Assembly: GCA_016699915.1 (NCBI GenBank)
Contig: CP064990.1
Location: forward strand, 256,671-320,670
DNA length: 64,000 bases
Direction: 5' to 3'
DNA from: Neisseriales bacterium
GTDB lineage: Bacteria; Pseudomonadota; Gammaproteobacteria; Burkholderiales; Q3-R57-64
Both the position numbers and the translations under genes were made by a program. The notes under the pieces were generated by a model. That model searched no databases and had not been told where the DNA came from. It saw only the letters and a list, made by a program, of their open reading frames with translations. Below are positions 20,100 to 30,436 of the stretch, in pieces. Position 1 is the stretch's first letter. Each line of letters begins with the position of its first letter.

Positions 20100-21908
20100 C
20101 TATTTATAGCGCTGGGGCAATTGCTCGTGCTGTGTTTGGGTCATCTTCCTTAATTGTTGATAAGCAGGCTCCTCAGCTGGCAGAGTTTTTAGGTAAGTTT
20201 TTGCTAGCGTTGGAAAAGAGGCCAATACTAATGCCATGGAATGCTCAGATTCCTTGAGCCGACCTGCCAAAGCTTCCAATTTTGCTTTTTTAAGCATGAT
20301 GTTTGGAAAGGGACGTATTTTAGCGAGTTGCTTGATATAGTATAGTTTTAAGTCAAGCGCTTGATGGCTGGCAACGAGGTAGTTATTCAGCGTTATGAGT
20401 GCATAAAAACTAAATAATGTGTTGTGATCAACCATGTCTTGTAAGTAGATCACACGTTGATTGTAGGTTTTTGCATCGCGTATTGGCATATAAATGCGCG
20501 TCAGTGTGCTGTACGTTGACCAATGAAAAAACATTAAGAAAAGTAACGCGGCAACCGTAAGGCCTGACAGGGCAGGCACCAATCGTCGCTTCCAAAAGGA
20601 AGTAATAATATGCTCATCATTGGGCACTCCAGTTCGTTGAGGGGCAAGCGTGACTGCGACTACAAAAACGGCTAAAAACCCCATATTCCACAACGGATAT
20701 TCTACCATGCTGTGTAACAGGGTAATCATCATCATACCAAAAGGTAATATGCTGGTATGTTGAGCGGGTTGCGTAAAATATGTGTGAATTGCCCAAATAA
20801 ATCCCACTAGGGCGGTTAATGTGCCGATGACACCCATTTCGGCGAGCAAATGAAGCACCAAGTTATGCACATTGGTAAACAGCGAGCTACTAAAATCACT
20901 CTGTATAAATTCAGGGCGCAAATGCAGTGTTAAACTATGCTGAGCGAACTGGCTCCATCCACAACCAAACCAAGGATAGTTTTGGAAAACAAGCCATGCT
21001 TTATGCCATTCAGTTTGACGGCGACCGATACTGGATGCTTGTGCACCTATAATCCGCTCTATACCTGATGTAGATTGAATGGTAAGCCACTGATCCAGTT
21101 GGGGTAATAGCCACTGTATGATTAGACTGGCCATACTGATAGCACATAACCAAACCCATATCTGCCGAGATTGCGTAGTTTGGAGTCGGCTATGCCATGA
21201 GGTTGCTACTGCTGCCATAGCAATCAGATAAAGCACAACTGTTCTTGAGCCATTCCATGCCATTAATGAAGCCAGTAATAAAATAAGCCCTATGGCTATC
21301 CATGACTTGAGCTGATGGCAAGCGACCAAATATCCTGTAGCAAGCATACCCCAAGCCAAGTAATGCGCATAAAGGTTCCTCTGGCCGATTATGCCAATGA
21401 TCGTGGTTTTATGGCTGCTATCATAAGCAATCCACCCATGTAGGTGACTGGCAAGACCCGTGAACTGCAAGATCCCCACTATAGCTTGCATAACAGCGCC
21501 GATCACCAAAGCCCAAGCAAGACAGGACACTAATTTTTCCGCTGTCCATAGATGTTGTAAACCAGAACTTACATAGGCTAGTAATGCCATAGATAGAAAA
21601 ACCAACACTGCCCATACATTGAATCCAGGAAAAAGGATATCTACGCAAAGTGGCTGTATGAACCATATGATTGCTAAACCAATCATCCAGTAGCTGGTGG
21701 ATGGGATCCTACTAGGTAACTTATGACATACAAGTAACGTGAGCCATAACATGGATGTAATCAGAACGACCGATACGCCAATAAACCAATTTGGTATAGG
21801 ATGATAAGCAATACACCTTATAAAAGGTAACAAAAATAAGCTTGCCCACAGCAACAGCGTGGCCTGTTTTACTTTGTGCTGATAAGTGAATGAATCTGCG
21901 ATAGCCAT
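20100..21908 (-). CDS. polytopic Wzy_C-domain glycan ligase (O-antigen ligase / PglL-type O-oligosaccharyltransferase family)
   Basis: 602 aa with at least 10 TM segments. 'GQRNLYAHYL', 'NGSRT', 'RRQTEWHKAWLVFQNYPWFGCGWSQF' and 'HNLVLHLLAEMGVIG' are typical of the WaaL/PglL family. The C-terminal ~130 aa are soluble and helical. Confidence 0.65.
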   Translation of the reverse strand: MAIADSFTYQHKVKQATLLLWASLFLLPFIRCIAYHPIPNWFIGVSVVLITSMLWLTLLVCHKLPSRIPSTSYWMIGLAIIWFIQPLCVDILFPGFNVWAVLVFLSMALLAYVSSGLQHLWTAEKLVSCLAWALVIGAVMQAIVGILQFTGLASHLHGWIAYDSSHKTTIIGIIGQRNLYAHYLAWGMLATGYLVACHQLKSWIAIGLILLLASLMAWNGSRTVVLYLIAMAAVATSWHSRLQTTQSRQIWVWLCAISMASLIIQWLLPQLDQWLTIQSTSGIERIIGAQASSIGRRQTEWHKAWLVFQNYPWFGCGWSQFAQHSLTLHLRPEFIQSDFSSSLFTNVHNLVLHLLAEMGVIGTLTALVGFIWAIHTYFTQPAQHTSILPFGMMMITLLHSMVEYPLWNMGFLAVFVVAVTLAPQRTGVPNDEHIITSFWKRRLVPALSGLTVAALLFLMFFHWSTYSTLTRIYMPIRDAKTYNQRVIYLQDMVDHNTLFSFYALITLNNYLVASHQALDLKLYYIKQLAKIRPFPNIMLKKAKLEALAGRLKESEHSMALVLASFPTLAKTYLKTLPAEEPAYQQLRKMTQTQHEQLPQRYK

Positions 21909-21923
21909 TGTCGTTTATGTAGG

Positions 21924-23411
21924 TTAGTTAAAAGAAAGTGGAATGAATAATCGTTCCTCTGCACGTTGAACCAACAAAGCAACATAGCCGTTGGATTGTG
22001 CTAAAGCGATGCGTAATTGTGACAACGTATTAATCGGTTGGCGATTATTAACGCCAATAATAATATCGCCACGCATTAAACCTGCTCTGGCTGCCATATC
22101 TTCTACCTGTTGCACGATGAGTCCTCCTTGAGGCAAATGCAACTGTTTTTTTTGCCAAGAGGTTAAAGGTGATAATGTTGCACCCATCCCCTCAAGTCGC
22201 TTGTTGGGCGATGCAACATACCGTTGTTGATTGGTTACACGATGCTTGATGACCCTATCAGTTGGTAACTGCCCCAATTTGATGCGGAGGGTTTTTTGGG
22301 TACCATTACGCCATATTTTTACCATGATGACTTGGCTAGGCACAGTCTTGTTTAACATGACCGATAGATCGCTATAGGATTCAATTGCCTGCTGATCAAT
22401 GGATAGCAAGATATCTCCTGTTTTAAGGCCAGCATGATGAGCGGGTCCCCGTTTTTCAAGACCCGCAATTAAAATACCATGGGTTCGATCCAGTGCAAAT
22501 GCCTTAGCAATGCCTTGCGTAACGGGTTGGATATAAACCCCTAATTTACTGTGCTGTGCCTGACCTGTTTTTTTGATTTGATTTGCTGCATGCATCGCAA
22601 TATCAATTGGTACAGCAAACGCGATGCCGCTAAATTCACCTGATTTACTATAAATTTTGGTGTTGATACCAATTACTTTGCCGTTCAAATTAAATAATGG
22701 GCCGCCGGAACTGCCGACATTGATTGCCACATCGGTCTGAATGCATGGAATATAGCTACCATCTGGCAGATTGCGCCGCGTTGCCGAAATAATGCCTGCT
22801 GTGACGGTATGATCTAACTGAAAGGGCGAGCCAATGGCTACTACCCATTCGCCAACTTTAAGCGTAGCAGGATGACCGATTTGAACAACGGGTAGGTCAT
22901 ATGCTTTTATTTTTAATAAAGCAATATCAGTGTGTTGGTCAAATCCCACAACGGTGGCTGGAAACTCTCGCTTATCCATACAAGTGACGGTGATATAACC
23001 AGCATGCTGCACTAAATGTGCGCTGGTGAGAAGATAGCCATCAGCGCTAATGATAAAGCCTGATCCGCCTGAAATGAATGCGCGCCCAGCGTTTGAATCA
23101 GGCGGTGCAAAATAATGAAAAAAGTTCCACGGGAGATCATCTTCAGCGGGGCGGGGTAGCATTTTTTGCAGCACATTGGATCCATCGTGATAGGCTTGGA
23201 TATTCACAACGGCGGGACTATAGCGTTCAACAAGCTTTGTAAAGTCAGAGTTCAGAACAACAGCTCGGTCTTCTTTGTCCCCTGTTACTATCGCATTGAA
23301 TTGAGCAATCCAATGTGATACGGATGTGGGCAGTATATCAAACGTATGGCTACCCCATAAAAGCAGTAGACCGACTACACATGTCCAAAAAATAGGTTTT
23401 TTATACCGCAT
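21924..23411 (-). CDS. periplasmic serine endoprotease, HtrA/DegP/DegQ family
   Basis: 495 aa. Catalytic contexts 'TSAHLV', 'DIALLKI' and 'GSSGGPLF'. Two PDZ-like regions and an N-terminal signal anchor. Confidence 0.9.
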   Translation of the reverse strand: MRYKKPIFWTCVVGLLLLWGSHTFDILPTSVSHWIAQFNAIVTGDKEDRAVVLNSDFTKLVERYSPAVVNIQAYHDGSNVLQKMLPRPAEDDLPWNFFHYFAPPDSNAGRAFISGGSGFIISADGYLLTSAHLVQHAGYITVTCMDKREFPATVVGFDQHTDIALLKIKAYDLPVVQIGHPATLKVGEWVVAIGSPFQLDHTVTAGIISATRRNLPDGSYIPCIQTDVAINVGSSGGPLFNLNGKVIGINTKIYSKSGEFSGIAFAVPIDIAMHAANQIKKTGQAQHSKLGVYIQPVTQGIAKAFALDRTHGILIAGLEKRGPAHHAGLKTGDILLSIDQQAIESYSDLSVMLNKTVPSQVIMVKIWRNGTQKTLRIKLGQLPTDRVIKHRVTNQQRYVASPNKRLEGMGATLSPLTSWQKKQLHLPQGGLIVQQVEDMAARAGLMRGDIIIGVNNRQPINTLSQLRIALAQSNGYVALLVQRAEERLFIPLSFN

Positions 23412-23431
23412 GGAACTTTACTCAATATCCG

Positions 23432-24064
23432 TTACATCAGTTTAGCTGGGTATTCGCAATGCTGAGCAATAACACATTGTGCGCACAGTGGTTTTTGCGC
23501 CTTACAAGTATAGCGACCCAACAAGACTAACCAATGATGAGCATGTTGACGAAATGGATCTGGGATGTTGTGCATCAAATGCTTTTCAACAGTTTGTACA
23601 TTGCTACCGCGCGCAACACCTGTACGGTTTGACACACGAAATACATGGGTGTCAACAGCAATCACAGGCTGATCAAAAATGATATTGAGTAGGATATTGG
23701 CGGTTTTTCTGCCCACACCAGGCAATGATTCGAGTGCTTCTCGGCTATTGGGCACCTCTCCTTGATGCTGATCAATTAACTGCTGGCAAATACCCAACGC
23801 ATGTTTGGCTTTATTGCGATATAACCCTAAACTGTGAATATAGTGCACGAGTTTTTCATAGCCAAGTTTTAACATGGTTTGTGGTGTTGGTGCGTCGTGG
23901 AATAACGTTCGTGTGACCCGATTAACTGCTACATCGGTAGATTGTGCCGAGAATACAGCTGCAATCAACAGTTGAAAGGGCGTATCGTATATGAGCTCTG
24001 TGGCAGGTGTTGGGTTATTTTTTGCCAACAGCGTAAAGATTTGATAACAAGTAGGACGATCCAT
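23432..24064 (-). CDS. nth: endonuclease III
   Basis: HhH motif 'LPGVGRKTANI' and a 4Fe-4S cluster, 'CKAQKPLCAQCVIAQHC'. Confidence 0.93.
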   Translation of the reverse strand: MDRPTCYQIFTLLAKNNPTPATELIYDTPFQLLIAAVFSAQSTDVAVNRVTRTLFHDAPTPQTMLKLGYEKLVHYIHSLGLYRNKAKHALGICQQLIDQHQGEVPNSREALESLPGVGRKTANILLNIIFDQPVIAVDTHVFRVSNRTGVARGSNVQTVEKHLMHNIPDPFRQHAHHWLVLLGRYTCKAQKPLCAQCVIAQHCEYPAKLM

Positions 24065-24150
24065 GACTAACCAACCTGTAAGCGATCCAATTCAATAAGC
24101 ATATCTTAGCATATCGTATTGAAATACGGTATTGGCTACGCGATGTGGTG

Positions 24151-25266
24151 CTAATGGGCATGATTTTCAACAATATACTGATGATGTGGGTTAGCGGTAT
24201 GGAATAAACGTTCTAATAATTGCAAAACGGGTGCTGGAATCGCTATTTTTTTTACTGTTTGATAATCTATCCACCGCCCAGGGAGCTTATCAAGCGATGG
24301 CGTTGCAGCATGTACCTTAACAATTTGTGGTGAAATTACCAAACGAAGATGAGTAAAGACGTGAATGATTGTTGGCCAAGCAGGTGGCAGCGGATAGATA
24401 TCCAAGGTATTAACAACACGCAAAGCACTTTGTAGGCTATCAAATGCCGGAAATGTCCACAATCCTCCCCAAATACCATTGGGTGGTCGTTTTTCTAAAT
24501 ATACACCATGCTTGTAGCAAATCAAAAGCATCGTGGTATACCGTACTTGCAATGGGTTTCGTACTGGTTTTGCGGGGATGCTGGCTGTTTTATTTTGTAA
24601 AGCTGCCAGACAAATGTCTTGCATCGGGCAAGTGGCGCAGCGTGGTTGGTGATGTTTACAAATCATGGTGCCAAGATCCATCAAACCTTGAGTATAAGGC
24701 ACCATATCGTTGTGATGATTTGGGAGTAATTGCTTGGCTAGTTGCCACAATTGTTCTGTTGTTTGGCGTCGTGACAATAAAGCTTCAATGCCAAATACTC
24801 TTGCCAAGATACGCTTGACATTGCCATCTAAAATAGCCTCTTTTTGGTGTGCAGCAAATACGGCAATAGCTCCTGCAGTTGATCGTCCGATACCTGGCAA
24901 GGTTTCCAAAGTTTGCCGCGCTGTGGGAAAGCGACCTTGAAATTCAGACACAATAATTTGTGCTGTTCGGTGTAATCGGTGTGCTCGATGGTAATAGCCC
25001 AAACCACTCCATAAGGTTAAGACCTCATCAAGTGGCGCGTTAGCCAGCGTAACAATGTTAGGAAATTGCGTCACAAAACGTTTGTAATAGGATAGAACCG
25101 TATGAACTTGGGTTTGCTGTAGCATAATTTCTGATAACCATATTCGATACGGATCGGTGACTTGCCAAGGAAGGTGGTGTCTGCCATGCGATCGCTGCCA
25201 AGTAATCAGGCGCGGAGCAAAGGTTGAAACAGCTACAGTAGTGATGGGGATTGGTGCTTGATGCAC
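24151..25266 (-). CDS. mutY: A/G-specific adenine glycosylase
   Basis: 'LPGIGRSTAGAI', cluster 'CKHHQPRCATCPMQDIC', and a C-terminal MutT-like domain. 371 aa. Confidence 0.9.
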   Translation of the reverse strand: MHQAPIPITTVAVSTFAPRLITWQRSHGRHHLPWQVTDPYRIWLSEIMLQQTQVHTVLSYYKRFVTQFPNIVTLANAPLDEVLTLWSGLGYYHRAHRLHRTAQIIVSEFQGRFPTARQTLETLPGIGRSTAGAIAVFAAHQKEAILDGNVKRILARVFGIEALLSRRQTTEQLWQLAKQLLPNHHNDMVPYTQGLMDLGTMICKHHQPRCATCPMQDICLAALQNKTASIPAKPVRNPLQVRYTTMLLICYKHGVYLEKRPPNGIWGGLWTFPAFDSLQSALRVVNTLDIYPLPPAWPTIIHVFTHLRLVISPQIVKVHAATPSLDKLPGRWIDYQTVKKIAIPAPVLQLLERLFHTANPHHQYIVENHAH

Positions 25267-25276
25267 GTACTTACCT

Positions 25277-25891
25277 TTAAGTATTGCTGAGAATATGATA
25301 CAGCGTTACACACAATATTTTAAGGTCGCCAAGCAAGGTCTGATGGGCTACATAGTGCAGATAGTAACGCATTTTTTTAGGCAAGATATGGTCAATATAG
25401 TAACCTTCAGGATCGCTGACTGTAGCGAGCAATTGGTTTTCTCGTAGCATCCGAATAGATGCCCAATCGGTCATACCGGGTCGTAGTGACAAAATACGTG
25501 TCCGTGCCGAAGCAGGATAGTATGCAATGTATTTTGCCACTTCAGGCCTAGGCCCAACAAAACTCATTGTTCCTCGTAAAACATCAATCAATTGAGGTAG
25601 TTCATCTAGCTTGTATCGGCGAAGAAATTGCCCGACGTTTGTAATGCGATGATCATTGCCTATGGTCAATGCACTAAACTGTTCTGAACCGATGTACATG
25701 GTGCGAAATTTGAATATGTTAAAAGGTTTGCCAAACTGACCTATTCGAGTTTGGCGAAAGAAAATGGGGCCGGGTGAATTCCATCGAATGCATAGAGCAA
25801 TACCTAAAAAAACTGGCAACAATATCAGCAATAGCAAACTACTACTGATGACATCAAATAATTTTTTGATCATTGTTTTGTGTCGATTCAT
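25277..25891 (-). CDS. small undecaprenyl-phosphate sugar-phosphotransferase (bacterial sugar transferase family, Campylobacter PglC-like size)
   Basis: 204 aa with one N-terminal TM. 'FKFRTMY' and '[21 protein letters not shown]'. Confidence 0.85.
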   Translation of the reverse strand: MNRHKTMIKKLFDVISSSLLLLILLPVFLGIALCIRWNSPGPIFFRQTRIGQFGKPFNIFKFRTMYIGSEQFSALTIGNDHRITNVGQFLRRYKLDELPQLIDVLRGTMSFVGPRPEVAKYIAYYPASARTRILSLRPGMTDWASIRMLRENQLLATVSDPEGYYIDHILPKKMRYYLHYVAHQTLLGDLKILCVTLYHILSNT

Positions 25892-27062
25892 GGGCCAATA
25901 AGCATTGCTCTAAGGCGTGAATCACGTTGTCTTGGTCTTCATCGGTCATAGTGGTATAAAGCGGCAAAGAGACTTCATGCCTGAACAAAGCATCCGCATG
26001 AGGAAACTGTGTTTTATCAAGGTTATAGGTATTTTTCCAAACGGGTTGGCGATGTAGTGGAATAAAATGCACTGAGCAGCCAATACCCAACTTTGCCATG
26101 TTGGTAATGAGCTGTGCTCTATCAATGGGCGCATTACCCGTTAATTGTACAGGGTAAAGATGCCAGGCATGCTGGTTTTCCGAAATGGATCGCGGCGGTA
26201 GGCGAATAGGAAGTAAAGACAATGCCTTATCATAGCGCTTAGCTAATTGCACACGTCGTTGGTGAAAACGGTCTAACTTGCCCAGTTGATGGATACCAAT
26301 GGCTGCTGCAATATCAGTCATATTGTATTTAAACCCTGGGGCAACGACTTCATAATACCAAGCTGGTGTTTTAGAATGGTAGCGGTCAAATGCATCTTGG
26401 TTGATGCCATGTAAACGCATCACTTGACAGCGTTTTAACAAGGTGGGATCGCGCGTGACAATCATGCCGCCTTCCCCAGTAGTCATGGTTTTGGTAGCAT
26501 AAAAACTAAAAACCGTGGCGTCGCTTTGTAGTGCCCCGATACGTTGGTTACAATAAGTCGTTGGCAAAGCGTGTGCAGCATCTTCAACAACACGCAAATG
26601 ATATTGGTGAGCAATGGATAAAATTGCATCCATCTGGCAAGCTAGACCTGCAAAATGCACGGGAATGATAGCACGCGTTTTCGGGGTAATTGCTTTGATA
26701 ATAGCCTGTGGATCGATATTATAAGTATCTGGATCAACATCCACGATTACGGGGCGAGCACCCAAATAGTGAACCACTTCTGCTGTGCTGGTGAAGGTGT
26801 AAGAGGGCACGATCACTTCATCACCTGTTTTAATGCCAATTGCTTCCAAGACCAAATGGAGTCCAGCTGTTGCAGAGTTAACGGCAACAGCCTGCACATT
26901 GCTACCAATATATTGCGCAAAGTCTGCCTCGAATTGCTTTGTTTTCATGCCTGTTGTAATCCAACCGGAACGCAAAGTATCAACGACTTCACGGATTTCT
27001 TCTTCACCAATATCAGGCCAAGCAAAACGCAAAAATGAAATTGATTTAATCGGATGGTTCAT
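25854..27062 (-). CDS. DegT/DnrJ/EryC1/StrS-family PLP-dependent sugar aminotransferase
   Basis: 402 aa. 'EDAAHALPT' and '[18 protein letters not shown]' (PLP lysine context). Confidence 0.88.
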   Translation of the reverse strand: MNHPIKSISFLRFAWPDIGEEEIREVVDTLRSGWITTGMKTKQFEADFAQYIGSNVQAVAVNSATAGLHLVLEAIGIKTGDEVIVPSYTFTSTAEVVHYLGARPVIVDVDPDTYNIDPQAIIKAITPKTRAIIPVHFAGLACQMDAILSIAHQYHLRVVEDAAHALPTTYCNQRIGALQSDATVFSFYATKTMTTGEGGMIVTRDPTLLKRCQVMRLHGINQDAFDRYHSKTPAWYYEVVAPGFKYNMTDIAAAIGIHQLGKLDRFHQRRVQLAKRYDKALSLLPIRLPPRSISENQHAWHLYPVQLTGNAPIDRAQLITNMAKLGIGCSVHFIPLHRQPVWKNTYNLDKTQFPHADALFRHEVSLPLYTTMTDEDQDNVIHALEQCLLAHESTQNNDQKII

Positions 27063-27132
27063 GGCAACTCAACGAGGCTCTTTGCAAAGACAGCTGTTTA
27101 TTGTGGTGAGGCTGTTATTTTATCATCCAACT

Positions 27133-28719
27133 TTACAGGATGTATCGCTTTTTAAGGCATGACCATAAACTAGCCAATACCAATAGACCGATGCATAAAG
27201 CGAGTACAGGGTAGTCACCATAGTGCATGTAAGGCGTCCATCCTGTATAGCCTTGTGCTTGACCTACTAACACGGTTTTTTTATCAGTAGGTACCATTAC
27301 AGCGATCTGTCCTTTAGGCGTAATGATAGCTGTTCGGCCAGTATTTGTCGCACGCAACATAAATCGCCCATTTTCCAGTGCGCGTGCCTGAGATAATTGT
27401 AAATGTTGATCCAAACCGATGCTGTGTGGGCCAAACCAAGCCAAATTGCTAAGGTTAGCAAGCATAGTGGATTGCCGTGCCATGTGGATTAATTCTTCCC
27501 CGAAGCTGTCTTCATAACAGATATTAAAAGCGATGCGCTGTGTAGCCAGTGCAAGCGGTGTTTGGTGATCATTGCCTGGAAGTGTTTGGCTAGCACATTT
27601 TTTGATCTGCCGATACAATTTTTCTGTAAATGACCAAGGGGCATACTCGCCAAATGGTACCAAGTGGCGTTTGGCATATATTGCTTGTGTATCGAGTGAC
27701 ATGACTGTATTGAAAATATGTGAACTACGAGGTGCGCCACGTAATACGCCAAGTGCAATAGACATATGGCGATAACTGGCTAGTTGTTTGAGGTGATCAA
27801 TATAACCCAATGGTAGGTGCTCAAAGTCAGTCAGAAAAAGCGATTCTGGAAAAATCATCAAGTCTGCTTGTGTTGCCTCAATTTGCTGTTGGTACAAATT
27901 GAGCGTGGCATAAAACATTGCCGGATCCTGCTTGAGTTGTTGTGGCACATTACTTTGTGCTAAGGCAACTCTTATCGGTTGACCAACTGGGGTTGTCCAA
28001 GCCCAATTTTTCATGAGCATAGCTTGGAAATTGCCCAGCAACAATCCGCTAGTCAATACCACAGCAACCTTATATGAGGGTTTTAAACTGAGCAGGATGA
28101 GTATGCCAGTACTGATCATTAAAAAAAGCGTGACGCCATGTATGCCGAGTAGGGGTGTTATGCCAGACAATGAGCCCTCAGCAATTTGTGTCAGTCCCAT
28201 TTCTCCCCAAGGAAACCCGGTTAATATTTTGCCACGTAACCATTCGGTAAGAGTCCATGTTGCAGGAAATACCATTAACCAACGCCAATATTTTTGTGTA
28301 GTAACGCGACAAGTTATCCATAATGCAATTGCCGGGTAACAGGCTATGTACATGACAAAGGCGCTCATCGCTAATAAGGTCACGGTGAAAGATAATTGCG
28401 CAATGATCAGTAGGCTGTAATAAATCCAGCCAAAACAAGCACCATAAGCGGCCAATCCCCATAAATAACCATATCGAAAGGCGTGTCCGGGCTGTTTTTG
28501 GATAAATCGGAGTGGCATAAAAAGGCTTAAAGGAGCCAGCCAATAATGTCGAAAAGGTGCGAGCGCAAAAACCAACAGTAGGCCAGATAAGGCGATACAT
28601 AAAGGTGGATAGAGTGTGCGTAGCCAAGCCACGAGTCGAGGGTAATGGCTCATCCAACGAACCATTGTAGACGATAAACTCATAGAGCGATCTTTTAGCT
28701 TGGATGTATAAGCGTCCAT
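27133..28719 (-). CDS. lnt: apolipoprotein N-acyltransferase
   Basis: 528 aa. A multi-TM N-terminal half followed by a CN-hydrolase domain: 'LMIFPES', 'YAKRHLVPFGEY' and 'NICYED'. Confidence 0.9.
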   Translation of the reverse strand: MDAYTSKLKDRSMSLSSTMVRWMSHYPRLVAWLRTLYPPLCIALSGLLLVFALAPFRHYWLAPLSLFMPLRFIQKQPGHAFRYGYLWGLAAYGACFGWIYYSLLIIAQLSFTVTLLAMSAFVMYIACYPAIALWITCRVTTQKYWRWLMVFPATWTLTEWLRGKILTGFPWGEMGLTQIAEGSLSGITPLLGIHGVTLFLMISTGILILLSLKPSYKVAVVLTSGLLLGNFQAMLMKNWAWTTPVGQPIRVALAQSNVPQQLKQDPAMFYATLNLYQQQIEATQADLMIFPESLFLTDFEHLPLGYIDHLKQLASYRHMSIALGVLRGAPRSSHIFNTVMSLDTQAIYAKRHLVPFGEYAPWSFTEKLYRQIKKCASQTLPGNDHQTPLALATQRIAFNICYEDSFGEELIHMARQSTMLANLSNLAWFGPHSIGLDQHLQLSQARALENGRFMLRATNTGRTAIITPKGQIAVMVPTDKKTVLVGQAQGYTGWTPYMHYGDYPVLALCIGLLVLASLWSCLKKRYIL

Positions 28720-28738
28720 GATAGCGCGCTTGGGCGTC

Positions 28739-29269
28739 TCATGTCTGATTCACAGGTAGCGTGTCATGGGTAATATAGGGGTGCTGATAGCCTAATTTTT
28801 GTAGGATACGGTATTCCAATTGCAGCATCAGGGCAGCTGCTTTTTGGTTGGCTTCATGGTGATAGCCTTGCAAGTGTAACATACCATGTATTATCAGCAG
28901 TGCATAGTAAGCGTGTAACGGCTGTTGTTGTTGAGCAGCTTCCTTGACGACAAGTGGCGTACATAATACCAAGTCGCCGATCAGGATATTATGGCTATGT
29001 ACGCTATTTGGTGTGGCTTCACTTAACGAAAAAGATAGTACATTAGTTGGATAATTTTGATGTCGCCACCTTTGATTCAAGGCACTACTTTGTTCCGCAT
29101 CTGTCAACATGACGCCAATATATGCTTGGCGAATATGTGGCATTAAAGCGCTTTGGATAATTTTACGCAGTTGTTTAGTCGTAGGATGCGGTGGACAAAA
29201 ACCGCTAACGCTTAATGACAGCCGATGGATCCATTGCTCCTTTAATGGGCTTTTTCTGGCCTTTTTCAT
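28739..29269 (-). CDS. ybeY: rRNA maturation endoribonuclease YbeY
   Basis: Metal-binding motif 'HGMLHLQGYHH' (canonical HGxLHLxGYDH) and 'YPTNVLSF'. Confidence 0.88.
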   Translation of the reverse strand: MKKARKSPLKEQWIHRLSLSVSGFCPPHPTTKQLRKIIQSALMPHIRQAYIGVMLTDAEQSSALNQRWRHQNYPTNVLSFSLSEATPNSVHSHNILIGDLVLCTPLVVKEAAQQQQPLHAYYALLIIHGMLHLQGYHHEANQKAAALMLQLEYRILQKLGYQHPYITHDTLPVNQT

Positions 29270-29398
29270 GATGTCGTCATGCTGTTTAATGATCGTGTAG
29301 GCGGTTTGTTATCCAACGAAAATACAGGCACGCTTCCCAAAAAAGAGGACAATGCGACCTGCCTCCAAGTACAATAAGACCTGATTAACCATCTTTTT

Positions 29399-30031
29399 AT
29401 GGGTTGCAAGGGTATGCAAACAGGCAATATGATTGTCATCACAGGTCCTTCTGGTGCTGGCAAAACAACTCTTGTACAGGCGCTACTGGATGCAGATCCT
29501 CATGTTTGTTTGTCTGTCTCGTATACTTCGCGACCGCCTCGCATCAACGAAGTGAACGGACAACACTATCATTTTATTACGAAAGCTATTTTTGAGACAT
29601 ATATTGCCCAAGGTGAATTTATTGAGTATGCCACGATTCATAATCATTATTACGGTACCAGTCGGCGTTGGATACAGCAACAGTTAAACCATCATACCTT
29701 TGATATTTTGCTTGAAATTGATTATCAGGGATTAATTCAAGTACGCTCCATGTTTCCGCAAGCTGTCAGCGTTTTAGTTTTGCCGCCTACTTTATCTACA
29801 TTGTCAACACGTTTGCAGCAACGTAATACGGAGTCTTCAGAGGCGATTACCCATCGCCTAGCCCGTGCTATCAAGGAAATCGATATATTATCTTGCTGTG
29901 ACTACTTTATCGTGAATCACGATATTCAGCAAGCTACGCATGATCTTATGCATATTGTGCAAGCTGAGCGCTTAAAAATGGTACGTTGTGAGGATGTGTT
30001 ACAGCAAATACTGCAAAACCATACCGCCTAA
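29399..30031 (+). CDS. gmk: guanylate kinase
   Basis: 'ITGPSGAGKTTL' and 'SVSYTSRPPR'. The start may be an internal ATG (MIVITG). Confidence 0.92.
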   Translation: MGCKGMQTGNMIVITGPSGAGKTTLVQALLDADPHVCLSVSYTSRPPRINEVNGQHYHFITKAIFETYIAQGEFIEYATIHNHYYGTSRRWIQQQLNHHTFDILLEIDYQGLIQVRSMFPQAVSVLVLPPTLSTLSTRLQQRNTESSEAITHRLARAIKEIDILSCCDYFIVNHDIQQATHDLMHIVQAERLKMVRCEDVLQQILQNHTA

Positions 30032-30064
30032 CAACCGTAAAAGATAGGTAAGGCAGGCCAATGA

Positions 30065-30331
30065 CTATCGTGGCTTTTTTTGTATCACAATGCGGTGCGT
30101 TTGTTGTTTTGTATTAGCCTCAGATACCAGTAAACGATGACCAGTTTGGTGACAAAATGCTGCCAGATCATCCGGTGCGTTGGGGTCGTCAACGGTGATC
30201 TCTAATAGCATATCTGCTGTCATATTGGCCAAGGCTTTTTTAACCTGTAAAACAGGCAATGGACAGCGTAACCCAGTCAGTGATAGGTGCTGTACAGAAG
30301 ACGACATACATATCCTTTTCAAGGTCATCAT
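30065..30331 (-). CDS. tusA: TusA/SirA-family sulfur carrier protein
   Basis: 'LTGLRCPLPVLQVKKAL' contains the CPxP motif. About 80 aa; the likely start is ATG 30307. Confidence 0.7.
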   Translation of the reverse strand: MMTLKRICMSSSVQHLSLTGLRCPLPVLQVKKALANMTADMLLEITVDDPNAPDDLAAFCHQTGHRLLVSEANTKQQTHRIVIQKKPR

Positions 30332-30436
30332 GCTGACTTAACCAATAGATTGTGCTAATCCCTGCATCAACCTTCAATCAACTCGGTTACAATAGCACAA
30401 ACCGCAATAGGTGGCTTGTTTGTATGGTGAGGTGTT

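Noticed and set aside
22147-22154. Homopolymers inside coding genes could be phase-variation switches: a T8 run (A8 on the coding strand) in the HtrA gene, T8 at 7710-7717 in lspA, and others.
   Set aside because: They encode Lys-Lys (AAA AAA) in an AT-rich genome, are all in frame, and sit in essential housekeeping genes. Nothing suggests programmed switching.
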